In this document: positions 25,731 to 38,759 of the stretch, in pieces
Layout: the number at the start of each line of letters is the position of its first letter
Position numbering within the stretch: the first letter of the stretch is position 1
Source: Octopus bimaculoides
Lineage: Eukaryota
Direction: 5' to 3'
DNA: 64,000 bases
NCBI RefSeq assembly: GCF_001194135.2
Contig: NC_068985.1
Span: 26,020,919-26,084,918 of the forward strand
Notes under the pieces: model-generated
What the model was told of the DNA's origin: nothing
Databases searched by the model: none
Seen by the model: only the letters and a program-made list of their open reading frames with translations
Made by a program: the position numbers and the translations under genes

Positions 25731-26564
25731 GTAACCTTTTTAGTTTAAATGCTTCAAATAAGCATTTAAAATTTCAAGAAATATCAAATAATCTCAAAAT
25801 AGTTTCTATCCAGCAAAATCTCTGACTGTGGCTAATTAAATAACTAACAGTCCATTAGTTATCATCATCATTTAACATCCATTTTCCATGCTGGCATGGG
25901 TTGGACAGTTGGACTGAAAACTGGTAAACTGGGGAGTTACACCAGGTTCCAATCTCATTTGGCATGGTTTCTACACCTGGATGCCCTTCCTAATGCCAAC
26001 CACTCCAATAATGTAGTGGATGCTTCTTAAGTGCCATTTCTTACATGCCAGTTATGAAACACCGGCATTGGCCATGACAATGATCTCACTTGGCTTGACA
26101 AGTCTTCTCAAGCACAGTATTTTGCCAAAGGTCTCAGTCACTTGTCACTGCCTCTGTGAGCCCAAAGTTTGGTGAATATTAAAATTAAAGTTAAGCAGCT
26201 TTAATTAGTATATATTACTAATTCCTTTCTCATTAACAGCTGACTACGTACATAAATCACCATGAACTCCTGTATATATGTTAAAGCAATCATTCTCAAA
26301 TGTTTTGTGCAAATCTCACATATTCATTATAATTACAATTTGGTATTTTTTTATCTGATTTTCTTCTTCAGAGATAATAAATACATCTGGTTTGAACATC
26401 TTGTAATGCTCTACAAAGCATACTAAAGCATATTTTCATATTTTGAATGAAATACAATACTTATGTAATATTTAGAACACAACTTAATGAAAGGTTCATG
26501 TACAAATTATGATGGAACTTAGCAAAAGCTAAGGTCCTAGTAAACAAGAGATTAGACAGGACCC

Positions 26565-27478
26565 TTCACTCTTCTGGTAAATGGCCTTGCTCAGTATGTA
26601 GGAAGGGTGTAAGCAGAAATCCCATTTGGTGTACCCAGTGCAAGCTATGGACACACAATAGTTGCAGTGGAACAGCAGGAAAGTTAACAGAGAAAGTAGT
26701 GTTTGTGTGTAGATGTGCAGGAACCATAAAGACTACAGATATATGGGAATGTTGGTAACCAAAGGTCTTTCTTTGAGTGAAAGGAGGATTGTATGATGCA
26801 TGTGTACAAACTGCAATGCTACATGGTAGTGAGATATGGGTCCTGAATGCAGAGGATATGTAAAGACTAGAGAGGAATGATGCTGGCATGCTCTGCTGGA
26901 TGTGCAATGTCAGTGTACATGTACAGTAGAGTGCTGGTGTACTGAGAGAAAAGGTAAGCCTAAGCAGAATCATATGCAGTGTACAAGAGAGGAGACTGTA
27001 CTGGTTTGGTCACATGATGTGGGTAGATGAGGACAGTTGCATGAACAAGTGCTGATCACATAAAATGGAGGGAAGTTGTGGGGAAGGGAGACCCAGGAAG
27101 ACATAGGACAAAGTTTTGAAGACTAATCTCAAGATTTTGAGCCTTACAAAGGAAATGACAGAGGACTGAGATATGTGGCACATTGCTGTACTCAAGAAGA
27201 CCAACCCACCACAACAGAATTGGTATCCTAAGACCAAAGTGTTATGTAAAAAGCACCAGTGTTGGTACCATGTAAAAATCACTGGTGTTAGTGTTACATA
27301 AAATGGAGCCAGTACACTTTTTAAAGTAGTTGGAAGGCCATCCAGCTGTAAAATGAAGCAAAAGCATATTACTGAACCTGGTGCAGCCCTTGGTCTTGTC
27401 AGTTCATGTCAAGCTATTCAACCCATGCCAGCATGAAAAACAAATGTTAAATGATGATGATGATGATGATGATGATGG
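26565..27478 (+). mobile_element. 5'-truncated RTE LINE with (GAT)n tail
   Basis: SGKWPCSVCRKGVSRNPIWCTQCKLWTH...AMLHGSEIWVLNAEDM..LERNDA, ending cccatgccagcatgaaaaac...ttaaatgatgatgat. Confidence 0.85.
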
Positions 27479-28215
27479 AAGGCATTAATTTAAATTAAGA
27501 ATTAGGGGTTTTGTATTTTATGAGCAGAGGCAGTCTTAAACAGTTTGGTATTAAAAGAGTTAATGAATTAAAATTTTCAAGATATTGAATACATCTCAGA
27601 AAATATAGTAATAAATTCTAATAGTGATCACATTCAGGGGACATTTTACTGTTTCACTGTTTTGTCATGTGTTTCATTTGACCAATAGCAGAATAGTCAT
27701 CTGCCTGCCATTTTAACTCTTTCATGGCTTTAATCTTTTTGACTCAGCTCTCTTTTTGACTGCCTTAGATCACAAGAAACATTGTGCTGGATGTAAAATC
27801 ACTAGGGAATCTTAATTTCTATCAGTTTATAATATATATATTATCTCTGTTTTTCTTTCCTTTTTTTTTTTTTGTCATTTTCTTCTTATACACATTCAAC
27901 CTAACAAGTATATTATTTAATTGACTTTGTAAAGCACAAGCATGTATATGCATTTTCTACAACACATTTAGGTAAACTTAAATTTGATTGATTTTGTAGC
28001 ACTGATAAACCATGTCCTAACCACCTTTGAATTATCATACCAGTAAAACAAATAAAACTGAAAGAGGTTTACTTCTATTAGCATATGGGGGAAAATGTGA
28101 AACTGTATGTCATCTGTTATCATCATTATCTTTGTGAACATCCTTTAATTTTCTACAAATTTATTTCTTAGTAAATGAATTAATAAACTTTAACATTCTG
28201 TTTTAATTTATGAAG

Positions 28216-28346
28216 GTTAATTCTTGAAAGTCCAACTGAACCTGAAGGAAAAGCAGCAGGAAACCAGAATTTTCATAATTCAGTGTCAAATAGACCTTCA
28301 ACAGACACAAAAATAAATGAAAGTGATAAATTAAAAGATCATTGCT
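28216..28346 (+). CDS. TBATA: TBATA-like coding exon 6
   Basis: ttttaatttatgaag acceptor; 131 nt open (LILESPTEPEGKAAG...KLKDHC); gtatgt donor; phase 2 to 1 links exons 5 and 7. Low-complexity, no homology recalled. Confidence 0.65.
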
Positions 28347-28975
28347 GTATGTATAAATTATGTAATAGTAAATTTTATAAAATAATAATTTTTCATTACT
28401 TTTTTGTAAATGATTGAGTAAATTTAATCCTTTCATTACCATATTTCTGTTGAAATACACTGCTTTTGTTTGAATTCTCCTTTAAAATAATAAAAAATTT
28501 AGTAAGCTAACTTTATCATTCTTATTCTGGTATTTGAAACATAAATTAACATGAAATTTCAATGGAAGGTTTTAGTTTAACTTTCTTTTGAAAAGAAAGT
28601 TTGTCTCATAGAACCAGTAGCAAGCTGCTATCAAAAGGGTTATATTGCATTTTGGAATTAGTTTTCTTTTGTTTATTCAATTAAACTCTCTACACTCGTA
28701 CTAAATGAATTTCACTTCAGCTCAACTTTTTCCCAAACAAGGATCTCTGAGATCAATGCAGTAAGGAAAAATTATATTACCTCATTTTTCAATTAATTTG
28801 AATCATCTCATAAATGTTATTTGCCAAGAATTGTCAAGTCTATATTTCTTTCATAAAGATAAAGTTTTTTATCTGGTGTCCCTATGATCTAATATGTTAC
28901 CTGAGTTTCCCCAACATTTAAATGAAAAATACCAGAACATATTAAAAATTAAGGCACTCTATTGTATTTTCACAG

Positions 28976-29055
28976 GCAATGAAGGAATGAGAAGATCAGT
29001 AGAAAAATATATATCGAGAGATGAAATTTTGAACTGGAAACCCAAGGAGCAATAA
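28976..29055 (+). CDS. TBATA: TBATA-like terminal coding exon 7
   Basis: tgtattttcacag acceptor; NEGMRRSVEKYISRDEILNWKPKEQ*; AATAAA at 29068. Joined CDS is 1122 nt (373 aa) with no internal stop. Confidence 0.7.
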
Positions 29056-29199
29056 TTTTTTTTTTTTAATAAATTTAAAGATCTGTCAAATAAAATTTCT
29101 AGATTTATCTTCTTTTTATATTCAAAATTATCAAATTCCATTAAAGAATCCATGATCACAGAGACTGGATGCTACTGTTATTGTTACTGCCCCTGTTGT

Positions 29200-30480
29200 C
29201 ATTATTATTTTTTTTTTTTTCACTTTTAATTTGCATGTTTGTTGACAATCACTTGTTGAGACACACACAGTGTCCTGGAGTGAGTGAAGGATAAGAGATG
29301 TTACAGTATGACTGAAAGCTTAGGGAGGGGATGTGGCAGGGGCAGTAGTGAAATATCTTCATGTAATACAATACAAACATTTAAATTGATAGGGTTTTTC
29401 TAAGGATGAGGGCAGTACTTGTCAGTATAACCTTTTGGATTTCTCCAAGACCTGCTTTTCCTGGGATCTTATCTAAATGTTTCTGACATCCCTTTTTTAT
29501 CATACCTAGGGCACCTACAATAACAGGAACAGTTCTCACTTAAAGATGTCACATCTTTTGTATTTCAATTTCCAGGTCCTTATATTTACTTAATTTGTCA
29601 AATTCCTTTACAGATATATTTTTATCAGTGGGAACACTTACATCTATAAATCTACAAGTATTTTTTTCCCTGTCCTTAATAATTATCTCTAGCTGATCTG
29701 TCAGTGTTGACTGGAAAATCTCAGAGGATAGTGACATTTTTACCTTCAATGACTGGCTCAGGATGGTGTTCATACCAGTAAGCAGGAGTGCTGACTTTGT
29801 AGTGTTTACATATTTTCCAATGTAAATACTGTCCTACCCTATCATGGGGATTTTTGTATTCATTTGGTGTCAGCACAGGACATCCTGAGATGAGATGATT
29901 TATTGTTTCATCAAATGTGTCACAGAATCTGCATTTAGGGTCAGAACCGTTTTGAAGAACATTAGCCTGGTAGTTTTTAGTAAGCAAGCTTTGATCTTGT
30001 GCCACTAATATGAAACCCTCAGTCTCTGCTTTCAATCTTGAGCTTCTCAGCCACTGATGGGTTGTTGCTTGGTCTACATCAGCATTTCAGCTTCAAAGTA
30101 TATACTTCCATGCAGAGGCTTCTGACTCCACCACTCCACAATTTGTTTTGCCCATTCTTTTTTGCAGTCTGCTTGATCTGTTTTGCTTGTTTTGTAGCAG
30201 TGGTTTCAGGTTCTTCATCTAATTTAAGGTTAATCCCAAGTTCCCTTGCAAATTTTCAAGCTTCCTTGACAATAGAATGTGATCTTTTTGCTGCTTTCAT
30301 GTTTGTACACAACATCAGAGTCAACAACTGTCAAACTTGGTGCAAATTCACATTAAGAGTCTCCCTACCAGTATGTACTGAAATACCCCAGAGTAAGGTC
30401 ACATTCTACTTCTCTAATATTCTTTCCGGCATATACCTATACCATTTTTTTCCTGTTGCTATTTCATAATGCTGACATAG
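29200..30480 (-). mobile_element. R4/Dong-clade non-LTR retrotransposon, 3' part (CCHC finger and restriction-like endonuclease)
   Basis: KAETEGFILVAQDQSL...CRFCDTFDETINHLISGC...HDRVGQYLHW and IIKDREKNTCRFIDVSVP...KYKDLEIEI; frameshifted. Confidence 0.85.
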
Positions 30481-30565
30481 CTTCCAGTACTGACATAACT
30501 TCCTAACTCTTATTCTGCTCCATTATTTCGGTGTTTTCTGGTAGGGTGGATTTGATCCTGCTCTA

Positions 30566-31840
30566 CGAGGTGGTATCGAAAGGTTCCCAGACTAATTATG
30601 TTCAATAAAAAATAACTTATTTTCTTAAGTTTTAACATCATCTCCTTTGAAGTAGTCACCATGTGCAGCAATACACTGGTCCCAGCATTCCTGCCACTTT
30701 TGGAATCCAGCCTGGAAGTCATTTTCCATAAGCAAGTCAAAGACTTTCTGCAATTCAGTCTGGATCTTGATAACAATGTTAAAACAACAAACTTTGAGCT
30801 GCATTTTCATCTTGGGGAAGAGATGGAAGTCTGCAGGTGCTAAATCTGGTGAATAGGGTTGGTACAGAAGTGATACCATGTTGTTTTTTGGCAAGAAACT
30901 CACAAGTGAGGAGAGCTCATAGATCTGGATGCTTTTGCTAAGTATCCTCTCTCAAACAATTTCAAAATGTCGCAGTAGACTCTCAGTCGATGGTCTGGCC
31001 CTGGAGGATGAATTCTCAATATACATATGGCAGATGTCAAAAAAAAAAACGATGAGCATGTTCTCAACTGAGCTGCAGCTCTGTCATGCCTAATTCAGAC
31101 ATGGATATGAAGGGCTCTTCCATTGTGAGGATTGCTGCTTCATCTCAGGGTCGTACCCGTGGACCCAACTCTTGTCACCAGTGATACTCCTCGACATGAA
31201 GGATGGGTCACCAGTGGCATGCTGACAGAGATCTTGACAGACTTCAATGCGATATTCTTTCTGTTCAGTGGTAAGCAGGCAGGGGAGAAACTTGGCAGAG
31301 ACACACTGTATGTTCAATTCAGATGTTAGGATTGCCTGCACAGATCCTTATACAGAGCAACAATATTAGTAATATCATTGATTGTCCTCCAATGATATTC
31401 ATGCACAAGCTGATGAATTTTATCCACATTTCTTGGGGGGACGTTTGTGGTAGGTCTTCCAGATCACTTTTCCTCTTCCAGGGATGTTCTTCCACTTTTG
31501 AAGCACTTGTGCCACTCAAAACATTGTGTATGACCCATTGCCTCATTGTCGTAAGCTTGTCAAAGCATGCTCGATGTCTCTGTAGCAGACGTCCCAAGTT
31601 TAATGCAAAATTCCACGTTGGTTCTTTGTTACAACTTCCTGTCCATGACAAAATCACAGACTACAGCATACATGTGATCACAAAAACACAAATTTCACAA
31701 CTTGCAAAGTAAACACAGTGATGTCATTTGGTACACTACCTCATGAAAGTCACTGCTAGCTCTCGCTGTGCACACATCCATGTGCTGCCATCTGTTGGTG
31801 CACTACAGAACTAGTCCTGGAACTGCTTGATATCACCTTG
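30566..31840 (-). mobile_element. full-length degenerate mariner transposon
   Basis: Imperfect TIRs of about 30 bp (cgaggtggtatcgaaaggttcccagact / caaggtgatatcaagcagttccaggact) with TA on both sides (30564-65, 31841-42). Fragments show the HTH, SAKFLP..L, ITGDKSW and PYSPDLAPADFHLF motifs split over three frames. Confidence 0.92.
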
Positions 31841-33029
31841 TACAGTCACAAAGTCATCAGTCTCAGCTTGAAGTCTTGTATTTGTTCTGAGTTCAAATCC
31901 TACAAAGATCAATTCTACCTTTCATCCCATATTGTACAGGAGCTTGCATCAACAGGGATAAGTTAATTGGCTTATAACTAGGCACCTGGAGTGGGAAATC
32001 CATACTATCTAGAAATACCCCAGTGCTGATTTATGTTATTAGATTCAATTAGGTTTGGTAGTAGTCTGGTTTGGAATGAGTTTCTAGGTAAAAAGGAAAT
32101 GTGAAGAAGTTGTGAGCAGGGTGGCCAGTCTCATGCAGAAATGGACAGAGAGGAATTTATCACTGAAAAGTCAAGCATTGCTTTAGTAATGTACTACTGT
32201 CTACATTAGCAAAATATCATATTGAAAAATGCATTCCTAAATCCAATGTATTTGAAAAACAAAATTAGTTGGGGATAGTCACAGATGAACTTTTTCATCA
32301 TAAATCTGCTTGGACTTACCAAAGTCAATAATATGAGATAAATAAATTAGGTCAATAAAGGAACCTCAATGTGATCCCTTAACCATTTATAAATAGCACC
32401 CAAATCTTGAAAATTATACAATACTATCTTAAATTAGGAAGTACATATTGGACAATATAGTTTTATATACCCCAAAAATAATAGGATGGTTACATTGGTA
32501 ATACTTTTGATCATTAGTCCGGTTGAGCAGGATTGCTCTGGGCTAAACAACAATAATGACAATGATTAAATACATGTCATATCCACTGTTAAAAAAAAAT
32601 TGGGTTTTACAAAATTGCAGGGGTACCTAATAGGGCCTATTAGATTCCATAAGATTGGCCTTGCATCTGTTAATGTATGTATAGACATGGACATGATTTA
32701 TTTTGAGAGACTAGCAATTGCCCATACATGGTAGTCTCTCATCTTCATGCTACTGATATTTATCAAAGGGAAATGCTGATATAGCTCAGCACCAGTGTTG
32801 TCATAATCATTGCCATCAGAACACAAAAATCCAGTATGGATACTGCAAGGCATCTTGCCTGACTTTCTCACTGTTCTGCCACTTCACCACTCTGAGTTAT
32901 GCTGTTTTTATCAACCTTGAGAAAGTGAAAGGCAAATTTGACTTCAATGGAATTGAACTCAGAGTGCAGAAAATTGAAATAAATGCTGCAAGGTGATTTA
33001 TCAAATATTCGAATGACTCTGCCAGTTCG

Positions 33030-33356
33030 CCACCTTCCACTGGTATCTTCTACCATGGTTCTGAGCCAAACAATGCCTTGTAAGTGAATATGGTAGATGG
33101 AAGCTGTGTGGTGGCCTGATGTGTGTGTGGGGGGGACGTATGTGCGTGTGTGTGTCTGTGTTTGTATTTGTTCTTGCCCGCCATGCTTCACAACTGGTGT
33201 TGGTTTGTTTACATCCCTGTAACTTGACAGTTCAGCAGAAATGACTGATAGAATAAGTACCAGACTTAAAAATAAGTACTGGGATCATTTTGCTAAACTA
33301 AAGCCCTTTAAGGTGGTGCCCCGACATGGCTGCAGTCCAGTGACTAAAGCAAGTAG
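33030..33356 (+). mobile_element. SINE
   Basis: Same family as 1..333. Confidence 0.7.
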
Positions 33357-34290
33357 TTGAAAGTAAAATTCTATTTTAGTTTTAAAAAATAGAAAATGAA
33401 AATCATTTTAAATGCTTAAACTTCTTTTTTATTAATATATCAATTTATTTATTCATTTATTGCCTTTCTTATTCTACCATCAAAGCTTGAACATTTTCAT
33501 AATTCTTGTATCATAATTCTTGTTTGAGAAATTGAGAAATTTCATTGAAAGTCTATTCACATGTAAAACATGATGAAAATTGAACATAAATCTATTAAAA
33601 CCAATTTTATATTCAACTGGAACCATCTTGCAGATATTTAAAATAAAGATCATAAAATTATGCCTAAATTAAAATGTAATGGTTCCCTAAATTCCCTCTG
33701 ATGATGAATGTCTCATAAAATGTTAATTAATTACTGAATTACAACTATTTCAATGAACTACTTTAATAAAATGCATACTGTTAAAACGTGAAAAACATCT
33801 CAATTTGAAGGCTGCTATATTTCACTGTGCTGACAGATGCAAGCATGATTTAACAAAATTATACAAACAGCATCTGCTTTTAAAATACAAGTGCAACATG
33901 TTTTTCTATTAAACTCAAAGTGGAAATTTCAGTGAAATGAGCAGTAAGTGACTAATTATCTTACATTTTCGTTTTAAATTATTTGCTAGAAAAATTAGAT
34001 GAAATGAAATGATGTAAATTTCATGCTTTTCCCTTAAACTTTATTGATGTTACTACTGAGAATTTGTTTTAAAAAGTAAAGAGTTAAAACCAAAGTGCAA
34101 GATTGGTTTTACTCAATGATGCTTCTCAAAATAATGATTGTTGTTGTTGTTGAGAAGTCCTGGTTAGTTCTCCACCTGGGCAGAGCTATAACTGAGTAGT
34201 AGCTAATTAATACTTGGCTTGTTCTGTGTATCCCATGTAATGCACAAGACATATTTCCCTGGTTTCCATGCATCATATGTGATACACATT

Positions 34291-34500
34291 ACTCTTTACT
34301 CTCTTTTTTACTTGTTTCAGTCATTTGACTGTGGCCATGCTGAAGCACCGCCTTTAGTCAAGCAAATCGACCCCAGAACTTATTCTTTGGATGCCTAGTA
34401 CTTATTCTATCAGTTACTTTTGCCGAACCGCTAAGTTACAGGGACCTAAACAGACCATCAAGCGATGTTGGGGGGGACAAACACAGACACACAAACATAT

Positions 34501-34536
<36 letters not shown>

Positions 34537-34620
34537 NNNNNNNNNNGCCATGCAGTAGGAATGAACACGGAACCATGTGGTTGGTAAGCAAGCTACTTAC
34601 CACACAGCCACTCCTGCACC
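34291..34620 (-). mobile_element. SINE spanning a small gap
   Basis: Reverse complement of the same family, with a tRNA-like head at about 34560-34620. Confidence 0.75.
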
Positions 34621-36548
34621 TATTACCAATTATTTTCAATTATCTGAGTAGTTTTAAACTTATGAAAAGAAAGCTTATATTACTCAGAATATATGATGCA
34701 AGGGCTAAATAAAAATCTAAAAACAAACATAGACATTTAGGATAAACTTAAGAAAATGCTTTGGACAAGCAAAGGAATAAAAGACTGAGAGCAACATATT
34801 AGTAAGGAAACTCTAATATACCATACTTTATTTGTTATGAACACTGTGAATTTTGTTTTACAGTGGTTAGCTTCATAGAGTAAAATATTCAACGTCACTG
34901 CCAAATGTTTCTCAAATATCTCTTAGTCATTCCAAAACACCTAAAAATTTAATGTGCCTACAAACAGAGACTGGATGTATAACCATGACTGGAGAGCCAA
35001 TAGAATCAATAAAACAATATGTAATTTCATTTCATTAAAATTACATGGTTTGCTGCATCAAGAATACAATCACCCACTTTACTATTAAAATTTCATGCAG
35101 CAGATGTCCCAGGATAATTTACCCTATTCATTCTTTCAAATTATCATGCCTCTTTGTGTTCGTTCACAAAAACAGCTACATTTCTCTAGTTTAGGTTTAG
35201 GCAACCGTTTCAAGAAGTGGGCTGCATAAGACATGGTTCATCATCAGGCAGGCTGCACTACTAAATAAGTTCAAGGTCATTTTTCATTAAGCATTCCATT
35301 CAGAAAGTCCTTAAGACCACTGTTAGCCCATTACTGCTCTAGGCATTCTTAGAATCCCAGTTATACTCAGCTTTCCTGATGAGATCTAGTAAGACCAAGA
35401 TACATATTTTTGTGCAATTTTTGTCAATGTACATCTATATACAATTAATTTATAAATTTTAATTAGTTATAATTTGGAAGATTGCTTCTCCAGTTTTTTT
35501 CTTTTTTTTTTTCTTTTTTGACAGAATTAGTGATTTAGATAATGACTGCATACATCATTTAGAGTGTTTTTAAATAATTAAAATTCCTTGTTTTACTACC
35601 TATTGCTATTAAGTTTCTCTGCAGCAGGCATCCCTACTCAGCTAATCTTAAAATTCCGGTTTCATATTTACAGAAACATTATTCCTAGAATAAATACCAA
35701 ATTACTTAATTTATCAGAGGAAAAATATATATATTTTATTATTGTTCTCTTTTTTAAAAATTTTATTTCTGATAAATATTAATTAAAAAATTTATTCTAA
35801 ATAGGCAGATTTCATAATATTCAATTTAGAATTTCTAACAAAAATGAATAGGCATCAATAAGAAATGAAATAATATGACAAAGAATGCTAAATTTATTAT
35901 TAGAATAAAAATTATTAATTTTTCTGCATCGCCTGTAAAAAAAGGGGACTAGAATGAAAAATTCGAGCAAGGGATAACAATATTCTTAAGTATTTAATAA
36001 GCACAGAAAAATACAGGACAGGAAGTAAGCAGAAAATAAGAGGAAAGAGCTTAAAATATTGCAGCTAAAATAAAATTTGAATGGGTTGCCAATTAAATAA
36101 AATATTCAAATAAGCCAAACTATTCAATACTTATCAATTACCTTTCACCCAAATTATTTTACTATTGCTAAGCTTATGCAAATAAATTTTCAATTATTTT
36201 AATAAATGAAAATAAAGTGATCACTGCCATAGTATTTTATAACATTAGTAATTAAAATATTTTTTATCTACTAAAATTTTTTACAAAAGTAAAGTAAGTA
36301 GGTAAATAAATTAAACGTTTGACTATAATAAAATTTAAGCCTATTTAAGTAATGAAATTTTTTCTTTGTTTTATTTTTGGCAAAATTATTTTACTTTACT
36401 TTTAAAATATTAATTTTTAGTTAGTTAACTGTTTGTGAGTTCATTTTACTGTTAGGTCCTCTAAGTTTCCCTCAAATAAATGAAGATGTCATAGAATTAA
36501 TCATAATGAAAGAAAATAAAAATCATCTTTATTGCACTGTATTAATAA

Positions 36549-36922
36549 TAAATAAGAGCACTCAGACAGTGCAAACCTCCACCAAGGCAACATCAGCATC
36601 TTCTCAACGATTAGCCAGGGGCGATTTTTAAAATGAGAATATCTGAAATAAACTCAACTGCTCTCACAAGCGAGAATACTAAAAATGAACCCAATCATTC
36701 TCCAAAATTAAGTAAAAAAAAAAAAAACAGGGAAAATAATTCAGGATCCTTGTCCCAAAATAAAATCAGTTTGTGCCAATCACAAGGCCAAATATCCTTG
36801 AAAGTCTCATCCAAATCCATCCAGCGGTTCTTGAGATATCTTGTCCACAGTCAAATAAACAAACAAACAAACAAACACGATTGAAAACAATACCTCTGCC
36901 TTCGCTAAAACAGAAGTAATAA
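36549..36922. mobile_element. Helentron-associated non-autonomous element (HINE/DINE-1-like)
   Basis: Subterminal acctccaccaagg near one end, internal (AAAC)n, terminal stem-loop acctctg...cagaagt followed by an A-rich end; core aaatccatccagcggttcttgagatatc. Confidence 0.55.
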
Positions 36923-38067
36923 ACAAAAATGAATCTCTATTTCAACAAGCAAAGTTGCTAGTTCTAAAATCTCTACAAGAGATGTAAGTAGTAACTCTAC
37001 TGAAATGTAATGGTTGTTACCACCCCAAAGTAGTTGTTCTGCATAGAACAATGTTACTACTCTTTTTAACCCCAGGAGGACACCTCCAGCTGGTTAATGA
37101 CACAATATCTGTGTCTGATATAGTGCAAACAAGGGAGCAAACAGCTCCCACCTAGTGGTGACAATTTTTATTTGATACATAGGAATTTATGATAAAGTAT
37201 CAGATTATTTATATCAAATTTTATATTTAGCTGCAGTATTTTAAGCTTTTTTTTATTTTAGGCTTACTTCTTGTTCTGTATTTTTCTATATTAATTAAAT
37301 ACTTAAGAATATTGTTATCCCTAGCTCGCATTTTTCATTCTAGTATGTTAAGTATGTGTAAATGGACTTCTTTCAGTTTCCATGTACCAAATCCATTTTC
37401 TAAGCTTTGGTTGGCTTGGGGATATAGAAGACATTTGTGGAAGATACCATGCAGTCAGACTGAAGCCAGAACCATGCAGTTGGGAAACAAACCTCTTACC
37501 ATACAGCCACACCTGTACAACTTTCTGAATTTGGCTGTTTGTAATGTTTTTACAAGAAAATTTAATCAAATTGAGATGAAGCAAATTTAACTAACCCTTG
37601 CAATAGCGATGATAAATTGCAGTTGTGAATATGGTTGATAATTATGTTGATTTTGCAGCCAATTATACTTAGTAAAATATATCCCATGCAGAAGGAAAGT
37701 TATGGAATTCAATTTCATAATTCTATATATCTTTTTAAAATGTGTGTAATGGTAATAAGAAACTTACAGAATAAACTACATTAATAAATAATTTTGTTGT
37801 ATCACAAGAGAATTGTTATGCTAATGATATACATATGCCTTACTCTGTTTTATCTCTTTTATTATCAATTGTCAATTGGTTAACATGTAACTATTAGCTA
37901 GATGACTAATAATGATTAAAGAAATGAATAGAACCAGTGTTTGTGTTTACTATTGGCATAATTATCCACCTGAGATATGCAAATATGTTTCAACACAAGA
38001 ATTCATATCAAGAATCTTGAAAGCCATTTACAAAAACAAAATAATAAATTATTCATTTTTCAGAATC

Positions 38068-38125
38068 ATGAAGCAAATTGTTCTGTTTCTTGGATTTTTT
38101 TTCCAAATAAATTTAGCAGCATCTT
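38068..38125 (+). CDS. exon 1 (signal peptide) of giant octapeptide-repeat protein
   Basis: attcatttttcag acceptor, ATG, MKQIVLFLGFFFQINLAAS (basic n-region, hydrophobic core, small-residue end), perfect gtaagt donor in phase 1; T|AT joins the 42617 exon in frame. Confidence 0.75.
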
Positions 38126-38759
38126 GTAAGTATCATGAAAATGCTTTTTCTTTATCAGAAAATTTGCTCTACAGTAATTATTTTATTTTACTATAAATGA
38201 TTTTACTTCAAATTATTTTACATTAAAATGTAATAAAACATAAGAACCATGATAAAAAATACTTTTCTTGTTAAAATTCAATTTAATTTTTTCTACTCTT
38301 ATCTTGGCTTTAATATTTAATGCATGTACCTTTGCTCAACCAATGCAAATATTTGGTTTCACAGGATTCTTTGCATTTGTAGTACTACTCTTCTCATCTC
38401 TCAATTTAAACTCTATCAACTCTACTATTTTCTAATATTAATTGCTAATGTTTATCATTTAAATTCTACAAACCATCTATTCTTTCTTTCTGCATTCTGA
38501 GCTAAAATCTATAATCTGTAGGTTTTCCATGCTTAAATAGTGTAATATATTCAATTTAGCTGGCATGTTATTGTTAATCTACATCTATTGTAACATAGAG
38601 GCAATAAGGCTAAAATAATAAGCTTATGTGATCATGTGAAAGCTCAATTGATCAAACAACTGAAAACTCATCTTCAGAACCAACACAGATCCATGACCTT
38701 GGCAAAAATGGTTAGAGTAAATGACCCTGCTCAAAGAGTGTGTCTATAGATTGGAGAGC

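Noticed and set aside
35525-35782. Strong acceptor at 35524 and signal-peptide-like ORF MFYYLLLLSFSAAG
   Set aside because: The ORF starts at TTG, not ATG; all frames from the acceptor hit stops and no donor was found. It may be a 5' UTR exon, but I cannot support it.
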